64,000 nt of DNA. Source: Octopus sinensis (Eukaryota). Under the pieces are notes generated by a model. It searched no databases and had not been told where the DNA came from. It worked only from the letters and a program-made list of their open reading frames with translations. The position numbers and the translations under genes are program-made. Of the stretch, positions 1 to 11,553 are shown piece by piece (positions within the stretch are counted from its first letter, which is position 1; the number at the start of each line of letters is the position of its first letter). The stretch covers positions 97,278,001 to 97,342,000 of the forward strand of contig NC_043003.1 in the NCBI RefSeq assembly GCF_006345805.1, in the 5' to 3' direction.

Positions 1-15
1 ATTTCTTTCTTACAG

Positions 16-491
16 GAGAAACCTTAAGCGGAACCAATGCGTTCTGTGCGGGAAGACCAAGGTGAAAATGGAAACAAACGGTGATCTGTGCGACCAAAAC
101 GGAAGTGGAAGTGGTGGCGGCGGCGGAAGTAGTACAACAGCTCGGGGTGACAATCTGAATTGTAAATGCTTAACGGTTTCTGCCTGTCCACGTTGTAAAG
201 ATGATCTGGAAGCACGTAATGCTCGGGCTAAGAAAGAACCAACTCGTTTTCGGTACCAATGCCCTACTCATGGTTCTTATCGCGAATATCAAGATGATTT
301 AATAGCCTTCAAAAACTGGTGCATTGTATGGGTGACCATAAGCATCATACCTCTTGGTCTGATGGTGTTTATGTCTGGTATCAACCTTAACTGGATATTT
401 TATGTTGGCGCTATTCTTACAATTCCTTACTTTCCTCCAGTACTTTTGTCAATCCTATGGGTGAAAGCCACTGGAAAAGGCCTCATAGCCG
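16..491 (+). CDS. DUR3: Penultimate coding exon of a DUR3-like urea-proton/Na+:solute symporter (gene begins upstream of the window)
   Basis: Acceptor tttctttcttacag ends at 15. Open frame RNLKRNQCVLCGK...FKNWCIVWVTISIIPLGLMVFMSGINLNWIFYVGAILTIPYFPPVLLSILWVKATGKGLIAG resembles the late TM helices of DUR3. Donor G|gtacgt at 491/492, phase 1. Confidence 0.85.
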
Positions 492-1180
492 GTACGTATG
501 ATTGCATTTACAATAATAACAATAATAATTATTTTTATTATGATTATTGTTATTGTTTTTATTATTATTTATGGGTCGTTTTTTCATATTTCTAATGCTT
601 CTATTGTTATTTTTGTACTTATCCTTGGTACTGTTGCAGTTGTCAAAATTATTGGAGCTGGTGGTGGTTGCCTTATCTGGGCTTCTATAGTTATTGCGCC
701 TCCGCTTACTCCAGTTTCCGCATTTACTGTTAGGATCTATAGATAAGCTGTCTATTTTCTTATTATCCTTATTATTGGCGCTATAATTTCTGTTATTAAT
801 AATATCAATATCATTATTATTATTATTATTATTTGCTTTAAATGCTTTATTATAGTTCACAGTATTATTCCTGTCCCAACTACCGTCTATAGATTTATTC
901 TTATTACCATCAATGTTTCTCGGGGAGTATTTAATTTTTCTATATATCCTGAATTTTTCATTGCTATGTTATACCTATCCTTGTGTTTATTAAAGATCTC
1001 TTCATTAGAGAAGAGGTTTGAAATCCTTTTACTTATATTCCGTAGTAGGGCTCTTTTTATTTGCTGGGGATGGTTACTAGAATTATTTATATATCTTACA
1101 ATAGTTTATTTTCTTATGCTGTCCCTTAAGATCATTTGCCCTTAGTCATATTGCTTTAGCTAACGCACTCACTCACATAC

Positions 1181-1570
1181 TCTTATTTGTTTCAGTCATT
1201 TGACTGAGGCCATGCTGGAGCACCGCCTTTAACCGAGCAACTCGAGCCCGGGACTTATTCTTTGTAAGCCCAGTACTTATTCTATCGGTCTCTTTTGCCG
1301 AACCGCTAAGTGACGGGGACATAAACACACCAGCATCGGTTGTCAAGCAATGCTAGGGGGACAAACACAGACACACAAACATATACGCACACACATATAT
1401 ATATACATACATATGACGGGCTTCTTTCAGTTTCCGTCTACTCACAAGGCTTTGGTCGACCCGAAGCTATAGTAGAAGACACTTGCCCAAAGTGCCATGC
1501 AGTGGGGCTGAACCCGGAACCATGTGGTTGGTAAGCAAGCTACTTACCACACAGCCACTCCTGCGCCTAT
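1181..1570 (-). mobile_element. tRNA-derived SINE, family A (CORE-like ccttgggcaagt body), in the DUR3 intron
   Basis: Same head, body, TA linker and gactgaaacaagtaaaaga tail as more than 10 other copies in the window. Confidence 0.9.
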
Positions 1571-2954
1571 AAAAGGTTACTCATTTATTTTTTACTTATT
1601 TTTATTTGTTTTAATTTAATTTAATCTAATCTAGTTTGAATGTTATTTTGCTCTTCTACTTGCCTATAGTGGCCACGGTTTTTTATTAATTAATTTATTT
1701 ATTTATCTGATTTGTTTTCGTGTTATCCGGTTAACGAACCGGAACCGCGTTATAGTTTTCAGAAAAATAGCTGACCAATTAGGTTGCAGGACTGACCATA
1801 ACCCCTACCCAACTGCACACAAGGATTCAGGGACTTGTTGATCGAAAAAATAACGAACACGAACACCGTACTTTGGTTACCACCTGGTGTCATACTCTCT
1901 TTAGTACAAACGCAAAAAGAAGACAATAAAAATGTATGGTCAAGGTTTCTTCCCTGTTGCCTGTTTGATCTGGTCAACTTCATTTATGGTGCGAATATAG
2001 TCTATTATACACATGATGTAGTTTGTGAATTAGTCCACACTCTTCCCTACCTTAGTGAGTAGTTTGTATTAACGTCGAAAACGCGTTAATGTTATACTCG
2101 CTTAAATTTTATTTATCTATTTTGTCTTTAGTCAATGTGTTATTTACTATTTTCTTCTATCTAGCAAACAAAGGAAATGACAATTATTCCCTTCAAACGT
2201 TGCCTTTTTGACTTGGACATCAATGTTTTGAAAATGACCAATATTACATTACATTTCAGATAGATTCAGTGCTGAGTTGCTGAAGCAAAAATATCATTAT
2301 AGCAAATATTCTGTTCAATACCACAGATTTGCTTGTCATTTGCTTGACCTTAACCACTGGAGCATGTTCCTTAATGGTTACGATATGTGTATCTTTGATC
2401 ATGAGCAGGAGTAGTTGGAGAGCATCACAGCCATGCGTTGAGAGGAATTCTTTAAGGTTTGAATAAATGCAACAAAAGAAAAAGTTCTAGGAAACATTAA
2501 CCATTTTATATACTTCCTAGAGGTAAGCAAATAGAAAATAACAGTTGCTATCCGAGGACAAAATTCGTGTTACACAATGTAATCATGGCGACCATAAAAG
2601 CTATAAAATAACCAGTTTTAGAACCGGATGAGTAGGCTTTCTTTTCAAATACAAAATACATTTGCGTGCAGAACATTTACTGCTCTAAAAGTTACAGATT
2701 TCCTCTGAATATAAAAATATTGTTCATATATTTGAAAATAGTGATTCCTTTACACTTACAAAGTATTTTCAGTTGCATAAAATCATTCCGACAATTAAAC
2801 AAACATGTCTTCATTCAGCAAATTGTTACGAATAAAAGCTCACTGAAGTCCAACATCTTTCTGTCAACTGAGAAAATTCATTCTATTTCCATTCTATATC
2901 AAATTTAGCATTATGAAGTTAAAGCATTGTTAAAGCTTTGGATAAAAATGAACC

Positions 2955-3209
2955 GTGCTTTCACTATTGATAAAAGATGAGAACTTTGTAAATTCAATGA
3001 ATTGCACTGAAGCAGAAGTATGGAATTCATTTGTGATATTTGTAAATGACTTTTTGAGCAACAACGGAGCAGCTAACTATGCCGAAATAGCCGACAACAT
3101 GCTGAAGAATTTTCAAAAGTTAGGATCAAATATGAGTATAAAGTCACCTTGATAAATTCCCTGAAAATCTAGGTGACACAAGTGACTAGGAGGGAGAATG
3201 TTTCCATCA
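2955..3209 (+). mobile_element. DNA transposase C-terminal remnant (Chapaev3-like)
   Basis: Translates as LLIKDENFVNSM...WNSFV...FLSNN...NMSIK/LDKFPENLGDTSD*EGECFHQ with a frameshift and a stop. Family name is from recall of the SDExGERFHQ motif. Confidence 0.6.
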
Positions 3210-3497
3210 GGAGGAATTACAACCGTGTTTCGTGGTCTGCTACCACAACAGCTCCTTTACAGGATCCAGCTAGCTCAAGACATCATCAGGAGGAACAACG
3301 TCCGGTTTCGGCCCCTACTCCTCTACCGTTTTGACGTGGCGAGGCCCCCCCTTTCAGAGGTGTCTTCAGCTCTGGTGTTGGGTGCATGTCTTCTTTCTTC
3401 TGTTCCCTGGCCTCTTCGATGTGTCGTCAGCGAGTGTCAGCCGGTGACTGACTGTCTTGTCAAATTTTTCCCTTTAAATACCTGCCGCATAAGCTCC
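3210..3497. mobile_element. 288-bp unclassified interspersed element, copy 1
   Basis: Similar over its whole length to 34790-35078, with the same two ends. Confidence 0.8.
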
Positions 3498-4249
3498 AGC
3501 AGGCAGCCCCAGCAAGTTGTCACGTGACACTGTCTCACCTTAACTGACTAGTGAAGGCGCGTAGTTTTAGCCCGCGCTTTTTCTAAACGACCGTCACATG
3601 TCAGTCAGCTTGTCTCATCTAATGATGTTATTTCCCGTCGGCATGTTTATGACTTTCAGTGGAACAAAGGTATCAAGACAGATGGGACTTGAATATGATG
3701 GTGGATTATTGCTGGAACTTGGATCGTGATCTTCATGAGGTCCAGCACTGATGAAAATCATCCAAACGCAAGTTCATGAGAAATTAAGCATAAACAATGA
3801 TATAATTTCTATATAGATATTTTAAGATTTTTACTAGTTTTTTTCAGTGAAATTTTAAGAAAATATTCTGGTTGTGAAAAACCAGTTTCTATGCTTTTTG
3901 TATGTTATGTTATGCCTTGTTCCTCGAAATTATGCGGGTTCAGTATCTTGATGTCTTGACGTGCGTGAAGGGATGTCACTTGTGGGTTCTGTGTATAAAC
4001 AAAACTAGTTCAGGTCCAAATATTTTGACAACAGAAGGAAAACTTTTCTTGTTAATCAGTGTTAACAGGTCACTTATTTTTTCCTCTATGTATATAAGTG
4101 ATTCAAACTAATTAGGAAAGGAATATAGGTGACAAAAAAAGAAAACAACAAATGACAAGTATTCAAATGCCATTGCTTACGTTTAGCTACATCATATACA
4201 ATAATAATTCGTTGCTTTAACTCAAATTTTCTCTTTTATTTAATTGCAG

Positions 4250-4887
4250 GAAGTATGATGGGATTATTATGTGGAACCATTGTCACATTAGGAGTAGCTT
4301 CTACTTACCCTGGAGGTCTTGGAAATTTCTTGATCAACACAGTTCAAGACAATGTCTTGTTGGCTGGCACAATAACAAGTTTTGCAGTCAGTTTGATCTT
4401 TTGTGTGGTAACATCGCTACTGACACATCAGATCGTTTCAAAAGAAGCCAAAGAGGCGGAATGGCAAAAATTGTTTAACATTGATAATCCTTTAAATCCT
4501 TGGGAACAAAACTACAGAGAAGAACTTGCTGGTATGGAATATAACGAAAGACCGACATCTCAGCAAATGAACCAGGCTTTCCGATCTGCCAAATTAACAG
4601 CTTATATAGGTGGAACTTCCTGTATTTTTATTTTCGCAGTAGTTATCCCAGGCATTATGGCGAGTTTTTCAGTGATGAATGAAACACAGTTTAAAATCTG
4701 GGTAAGTTTCACGCAATTGTGGGTTCTCGTAATGGCTGTCATAGTTATTTTTCTACCACCTTTTGAAGAGGTGTCAAGAATTATGCGGCAGTACAAACTA
4801 AACAAGAGTATTTCATTGAAAGAAAATTTTATAGAAATGAAAGACAATTACTATCCGTTGGATGATCAGGGAGCAGCCAAAGTATAA
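4250..4887 (+). CDS. DUR3: Terminal coding exon of the DUR3-like transporter
   Basis: Acceptor ttttctcttttatttaattgcag ends at 4249. G(491)+GA(4250-51) rebuilds a Gly codon and joins in frame to SMMGLLCGTIVTLGVASTYPGGLGNFLINT...IDNPLNPW...IFAVVIPGIM...TAA. Hydrophobic helices and the IDNPLNPW motif fit the DUR3 C-terminus. Confidence 0.88.
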
Positions 4888-5630
4888 AGGTTGGAAATTA
4901 TATTAACTTAGTCTTACGAGCGACCACTAAATCTACAGGATGAAAACGCTCTATGAAACAACAAAGGGGGTAACGAACGAAGAGATTTCTCATGGTAAAA
5001 CCAGGACTTGAAGAGAAAAATGCGAAGGCTGCGAAATATTAGCGGTAGATACAGAAAAATCTTCATCTAAACTTTTACACAACCAATCTTGCATAATTTA
5101 TAGACATACTACGAGTACGTTTTCGTGTTCTTGTTCATCAAGTTCGTATTTTCCATAAAATAACAATATTTGTTGTTTTGATTGGTAGCTAACTAAAACA
5201 GAAAATAAAATGTAAAAAAAAAAATAAATACCAAGAGGTAAAACAAAGGTATATTGGTGTTTAGTTTGAAAATACTGACTGACATTGTAACAATCTCTAG
5301 TCTTGTTAAAATTGTCATTTGGATTCAGTCGAAAAGCAGCTGTATTGTAAATAGGAAAAGAAAACGTGTAAAAACGATGATATTGTCTGATGATTCTGAA
5401 GTAGTAATTTTAAATGCATGTTGAATTAGAAATACACGTTGAACGGATTCAGTAGATGCATTCAGTTGATGTACTTTTTGTAGTCAGAAAGGAACAATTG
5501 CACACAAGCACAAAGGCAATGGATATAGCGCGCCGGCCGATGAACACATTGTGAAATGTAGACATCTGAAAGGATTATACTGTATACATATGTAAAAGTT
5601 TCAGATATCATTTTCTCACCTGTTCAGTGT

Positions 5631-5640
5631 AATAAATAAA
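5631..5640 (+). terminator. Candidate polyadenylation signal (overlapping AATAAA) for the DUR3-like gene; a second cluster lies near 6079-6097
   Basis: aataaataaa about 750 nt after the stop codon; motif only. Confidence 0.3.
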
Positions 5641-5689
5641 ATGGTAAACATTTTCATTGCTACATCTAAATCTCAATTTCAATAAGCTG

Positions 5690-5975
5690 TCTATGCAAAC
5701 CGTTGTAAACACATGAACACATACATTTGTGTTAGTAATGTATGAACATATACATTTGTATGTACATCATATAAACATATGTTTGTATACGTAACATGTG
5801 GACGTATACGTTTGTGTGTGTAACATACAGGCATATGCGTTTCTATTTGTGACATATAAACATATACGTTTGTGTTTGAATATATATGTTTGCATGTGTG
5901 ACATATGAACATATTCGTTTAAACATGTACATTTATGTACCAAGCATATAAACATATACGTTTGTGTATGTAGAA
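5690..5975. repeat. Degenerate acatatacgtttgtgt-type tandem repeat
   Basis: Recurrent ~15-20 nt motif, visible directly. Confidence 0.6.
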
Positions 5976-6450
5976 GGTTAATGTAAACACATTTTTAGTG
6001 TATCTTGCTTTTATAGATGTAAAAAAAAGAAATATGTAAAATTTTAATTCGTAATTAAAAATATACATTTATGTAATCAATAAATAAATAAATAAATATT
6101 TTAGTCCTTTAACATATTCAAACAATTACATTGTAAAGATATTGACACATTTTTAAATGACTTGTAAATAGGAAAATCGTATGAAGTATGAAGTGATTGG
6201 CACATGCGGTGACAATACCCATTGTAGAGTAAATTTATTACACATATTTTCTTAGATAGTGTCATGCCTCATTAAACATAATGCCATCCCCGGAGGTAAG
6301 ACTCAGGTGAAGACGCTTAGTGGTGCGATTTCCTGTATGTTCGGCTGATACAACAGGAATGAGGTCAAATGTGGACTTCGAGTTGACTTCACCCCACGAC
6401 CCTTTTTGTGAGTTGATAACCTCTAATGAAGTGGAAATCTCTCTCTCCTT

Positions 6451-6489
<39 letters not shown>

Positions 6490-6490
<1 letters not shown>

Positions 6491-7350
6491 TGAGGGCTTG
6501 TGTCAACAGAATACTCTGAGCTAAATCTTCTCTTCGCTCCTTTGCGCCACATGTGCTCAACTCTCCTTCCCTCCTTCATCTAATCCTCCTCCTCTCTTCC
6601 TCTCACACATACTTCCTCCCACCCACCTCTCCTCTCTTGCTCTGGCACCTACTTCCTCTCTTCACTCCTACCCACCTTTCTCCCTTCCACCCTCTCCCTT
6701 CATCTCCAACCCCTCCGTCGTTACGCCACCCCATCAAATTCCAACCCTACCATCCCTATACATCCCATCCCACCCACATCTCATCCCTTAGACCCCCACC
6801 GTTGCTTCCCCTACCCTCGCCTCCCCACACCACAACACCCCCATACCACCCACACATCACCACACCACACCGCTACACACCACCACTTCACATACCACCA
6901 CACCACCACACCACCACACTACACTACATCACCCCACCCCGCACACACTAGCACTGACCACTTCCCAGCATCTACACCATCATCCACACACCAACACATG
7001 TACACACGCACACGTCAATGTCACCAGCCCCCTTCCACACGCACATGCATGCTCTCACATACAAACGCACGCGCACCTTCCTTTTGGGATCATCACTACT
7101 TTATTATCTCCCCTTCTTCCTGTGTGACACCTCTGTCCGGCATTCGCCATGATAGCTCGCTAGCCACTAAACCTTTTTTCTATTTTCTCGCCTTGTTTAT
7201 TTCTGTGTTCCTTTCTGTGGAGGAGCGTAGGCTCGAAACATAAGACTTTCTCACTTCTCAAGCGTTAAACTAATACATCTGTTTGTTGTTTACACACCCG
7301 TCTTCGTCTTTTTTTTCGTAAATTCTCACTGTATATATATATATATATAT
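6490..7350 (+). mobile_element. 3' end of a Penelope-like element: decayed ORF end, pyrimidine-rich UTR and terminus with a hammerhead relic, ending in (TA)n
   Basis: Frameshifted SLRSFAPHVLNS..PSFI* at about 6530-6580, recalled as a PLE C-terminus. 7140-7330 is homologous to 30170-30370. Relic CUGUGGA-G-GAGCguagGCUC-GAAAC at 7215-7239. Confidence 0.5.
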
Positions 7351-8669
7351 ACATAATATGTACATGCATAATGTATGAGTGTCTGTATTATTTTTACCGT
7401 TTATCGTAATTAAAAAATTGGCATTGTTTAATACCTAATCGAAGATGACTAAAGAGTTTAACATAAAAACTACGGTTTGAGCATTTATGTTTCAGTGTGA
7501 TTTCATTTTTCAAATAACTATAAACATTATGTTTTTGTCCTTGTTATTTTTATTTGAGTTTATTTTTGTTTTTGTCAATTTTTGCTTTGTTTTCTTGTTA
7601 GTTTTTATTTTTCTTCCAAATTTTAAATACTTTAAATTTTCACATACTTAACTAATTTAAGGGAGACAACTTCAAAAATGTTATAAATGTCATGCACTTT
7701 TACACTTCTTATCTTAAAGCACGCTTTACCAGAAGTTGACATCACCATTTTAGCATTTCATAGGTACTGCTAATATTCGTCCGGTTTTTCCATTAAGTCT
7801 CCTCTTCTCTGTAGAAATGTGGAAGAAGATATAGCTTGCGACGTAGCTAACGATGGAAGATTATGCTAAATTCACCTACATAACCATCCCCACTAACAAC
7901 AGTCGCTTAACTGTCCAAGTGGCATGCTCACGCTAAGAGTTAGTTAAAGAATGAGAAAGCAGTGGCAATTCTGAAGAGCAATAGACTAGATAAATAGACA
8001 GATGTTATGTTGATAAAATAGGCGGAAGGCAAGAAACTAGTCATCTATCAAGAATGCAGGTAATACACACAATCTGGTGAGCAGACAATGAAATATCAAG
8101 GACTGAAGGAAGTATGAAAGGAAGAAAGGACACGAGTAAGTATTACACTAAGAGACGAGATGTGGAAATAAGAATGACAGAGCTCTGCCATAGAGAGGAT
8201 AAATTAGAGAGGCAACGTGATAAAATATAAGAGATGTAGAGTGAGAGCTATTGCTTGGGATGGGAAAAGTTGCAGGTAGAGAGATATGTATGTAGAGTCA
8301 ATACTTCACGACATAAAGGGGTGGAGGCAAACGGTGAATGTCAAAAAAGAGGAAAGAACAATAAGCAAAAAGAAATACAACAGGCATAATGGGAGTTAAT
8401 GAGATACAATAGATATAATGTGAGTTAATGAAACCGTAAGACTAAAACCTTGAAAAACTAACTTTTCAAATATACAACATGTAGTTTCCGTCTCATTGAA
8501 TCTTCTCAGCTTCTACTCACTGAAAACAACCATTGTCCCAACGTGAATTGTGCAGAAGAGGTAATGCTTCGAAATGGTAAAAAAAACAAAACAAGTAAAA
8601 GAGGTAAAAGAGTAATGATTGAAGCAGGAAGATTAAGAATTACTGACAGGTACTACCTAGAAAATTTAG

Positions 8670-8830
8670 AGAGAGGGAGAGAGAGAGAGAGATACTGAGT
8701 GAGTGAGTGAGTGAGAGACAGACAGACAGACAGACAGACGGATGGGCGGACGGACGGACGGACGGACGGACGGACGGGCGGGCGGACAGACGGATGGACG
8801 GGCGGGCGGACGAACAGGCAGGCAGGCAAT
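8670..8830. repeat. Compound microsatellite GA/GAGT/GACA/GACG/GGCG/GGCA
   Basis: Visible directly. Confidence 0.95.
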
Positions 8831-9279
8831 GAGAATGGAATCAATCTGAACACTAAAATACGTATATGTATGTGTGCATGCGTGCGCGCACATGCGTGTG
8901 TGAGTAGCAGAGTAGAATGAAAAGAATTTCTTTCCACCAGGATAAGTCCACCAAAATATCTTTTCTGCTGTTACAAAGACTACCAAAAACTGCTGGCATT
9001 AAGAAAATGACATTGGAAGCTGAAGCCTAGAAACTGCTCAAACTGGCGTCACTTGGTACCGAAAATGGTATCTTAGAAGTCAAAAGGAAAAATAATATGT
9101 GAAGAAATATTAAATAATGCAACATCACACCCTCTCTCAATTCCTCTTTGCCATCATTTTCCCCGCTCTTTTTTATATATGAGGAGTTACTGTCTAGTTC
9201 ATCATTGCACTCGATATGGAAAAAAACACTATAACGGGAAAATACTAAAATTCTTTGACGCGAGAAGCAGCAGATGTTG

Positions 9280-9312
9280 ATGTGTGTGTGTTGTGTGTGT
9301 GTGTCTGTGTGT

Positions 9313-9362
<50 letters not shown>

Positions 9363-9625
9363 TCCGCAGATGTGATCCAGAGATTCTCGGTATAGAACAC
9401 ACTTAATAGCGCTCGTGATTCTAAGACTCTGATGTCTTTAGGGGGCATCAGCAGAAGGGTAAAGAATGGCTATAAGAGAGATCAGGTTGAGCAAATATGG
9501 AGACAACTATGCGGATTAACACATTAGATATATTAAATATAACAGCTTGGGTATGAAGTACGAAATATGTGTGTGTGTGTGTGTGTGTTTGTGTGTGTGT
9601 GTGAGTGTGTGTGTGTGTGTGTGTA
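9280..9625. repeat. Two (GT)n arrays
   Basis: About 9280-9360 and 9548-9624. Confidence 0.95.
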
Positions 9626-10049
9626 TACTCATGCATATATGAGTACAGAGCGTCACCAACGGGGCAAATAACATGAAATGCATAAACAAACAAGTTAATT
9701 ACGTAAACAACGAGAAAAAAATATAAAACAGGACAAGTAAACGCAGAGAAAGGACCCTTCATCAGTTGTCCATCTACTCCTCATTTCGAGCATTCAACAA
9801 CAATATGAGCCCTCAAAGACAGTTGCTCCCATAAGTTCTAAAATAAAATTTAGGATTTATGGAGTATCAAAGTTGGGAACAAAAACATGACAGTGGTGAC
9901 ATACAAGAAAACCGAACGAAAACAAATATGGAAGGTCGTTCGACCAGAACGAGAGGAAAATAGTGAACGCTGGGTACTGTTTTCTTCCTCCGTCCTTCTC
10001 TAATTCCCTTTTTCTCCCCTCCTTCCTTCACCGTTTTCTATCTTTCCCT

Positions 10050-10178
10050 TCTTTCTCTTTCTCTCTTTCTCTCTCTCTCTCTCTCTCGTTGCTCACATGT
10101 GACCATCGTCCATCTTTCTTTTCCTCACGGGACCATCTTTCTTTTCCTGCACAGACGTTCAAAAGAACGGACGTACTT

Positions 10179-10233
<55 letters not shown>

Positions 10234-10419
10234 TCTATCTTTTCTCTTTTCAAAAGAAATGTTTCTCCCAGCGTTCACTATTTTTTCTTGTTCTGGTCTA
10301 ACGACCTTCTATGTTTGTTTTCGTTCGGTTTCCTTGTATGTCCCCACTGTCATGTTTATGTATTCCAAGTTATTTGCACTGCTGATGCGTCCTGTACCCA
10401 TATATGCATATATATATAT

Positions 10420-10464
<45 letters not shown>

Positions 10465-10490
10465 TAATTCACGGACGCATCCATTTTCAA

Positions 10491-10577
<87 letters not shown>

Positions 10578-10595
10578 ATATATGCATATATGATA
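10050..10595. repeat. (CT)n and long (TA)n arrays
   Basis: Visible directly. Confidence 0.95.
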
Positions 10596-10617
10596 TGTGA
10601 CAACTAGTTGGTTGTCA

Positions 10618-10680
10618 TAATAAAACTCAGAGTTTCGGATACCGGAGATGATTTCCGCTCCGGCACCTCATCAGTTATTA
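10618..10680 (-). ncRNA. Type I hammerhead ribozyme motif, left arm of palindrome
   Basis: UAAUAA-CUGAUGA-GGUGCCGGAG[loop]CUCCGGUAUCC-GAAA-CUC U GAG-UU-UUAUUA. Stem I 6 bp, intact core, palindromic stem III, GUU triplet. Confidence 0.75.
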
Positions 10681-10700
10681 AGACAAAACGTTTTATCTTA

Positions 10701-10761
10701 AATAACTGATGAGATGCCGGAGCGGAAATTATCTCCGGTATCCGAAACTCTGAGTTTTATT
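10701..10761 (+). ncRNA. Type I hammerhead ribozyme motif, right arm of palindrome
   Basis: AAUAA(10701-05) CUGAUGA(10706-12) stem II 10713-43, GAAA(10744-47) CUC U GAG UU(10756) UUAUU(10757-61). Confidence 0.72.
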
Positions 10762-10877
10762 ATGACAACCAATTATATTTATAGATAAATCCCGCTATCT
10801 TACATAATATCGAGGTCTCATTCATTCTTTTGTTGTCATATTATTGTTATTGTTATTGATATATATATATATATATA

Positions 10878-11120
10878 TAATTAGAAAATGGAAAAAACCT
10901 CAGATTAACAAACACAACGATTGGAATACATGTATAGCTTATTTTTTAATACAAAGCATGTCATAACAAATAGGTGACGTAACAAATCTTACGGCCGTTT
11001 CCGCAAGATTTGTTACGTCACCTATTTGTTATGTCATGCTTTGTATTTTAAAAAAATAAGCTATAAATGTGATCCAATCGATGTGTTTGTTAATCCGAGG
11101 TTTTCTTCATTTTCTGATTA
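10878..11120. repeat. Fold-back element with ~115-bp imperfect arms
   Basis: taattagaaaatg...aaatcttacgg / ccgttt / ccgcaagattt...cattttctgatta; the arms pair with scattered mismatches and short indels. Confidence 0.9.
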
Positions 11121-11414
11121 TCTGTATTTGTTTTCCAGATAAACTCTTGTTCATCCTATAGTTACCTGTACTCTACGTGCATAGTGTGCCTGCACACCAA
11201 TGCCTGATGATAACATGGATAACAGATACCAATAGAACATACGGATATTCTATCACTTTGTCGGTTATTATAACCGCTAACTCTGTTTACACCATATATA
11301 TATAAAATTAAATAATGAGGGAGATAAATTGAATATTAATTTAATTAATATCAATTTAAAACCAGTAGCCTAGCATACAAAAATCTGAAAAATCAAAGAA
11401 AATTCTAATACGTG

Positions 11415-11545
11415 TATATTTAAAGGGCTAAAAAACCACTAAGTGGTCAGCCGTATGCTAGAAGTAGATCACCTACGATCTTTGTAGTTTGATCGTAGGT
11501 GATCTACTTCTAGCATATGGCTGACCACATAGTGTTTTTAGCCCT

Positions 11546-11553
<8 letters not shown>
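11415..11553. repeat. Fold-back element with ~65-bp arms and a 10-nt loop; a one-armed relative lies at about 46390-46570
   Basis: ...gaagtagatcacctacgatc tttgtagttt gatcgtaggtgatctacttc... Confidence 0.9.

Noticed and set aside
483-860. ORFs 483-860(-) and 498-746(+), and the tail of 62-595
   Set aside because: They lie past the splice donor at 492 in a decayed ATT/AAT repeat; low-complexity translations.
2050-2095. Hammerhead-like gaaaacgcgtta hairpin
   Set aside because: No CUGANGA core; only a 7-bp hairpin.
3270-3435. Hammerhead in the 288-bp element (CUGAAGA, CUGAUGA and GAAAC all present on the minus strand)
   Set aside because: I could not build consistent stems I-III by hand; needs a consensus-based search.
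9740-9790. Minus-strand CUGAUGA in a repeat
   Set aside because: No downstream stem II-GAAA in the right order.
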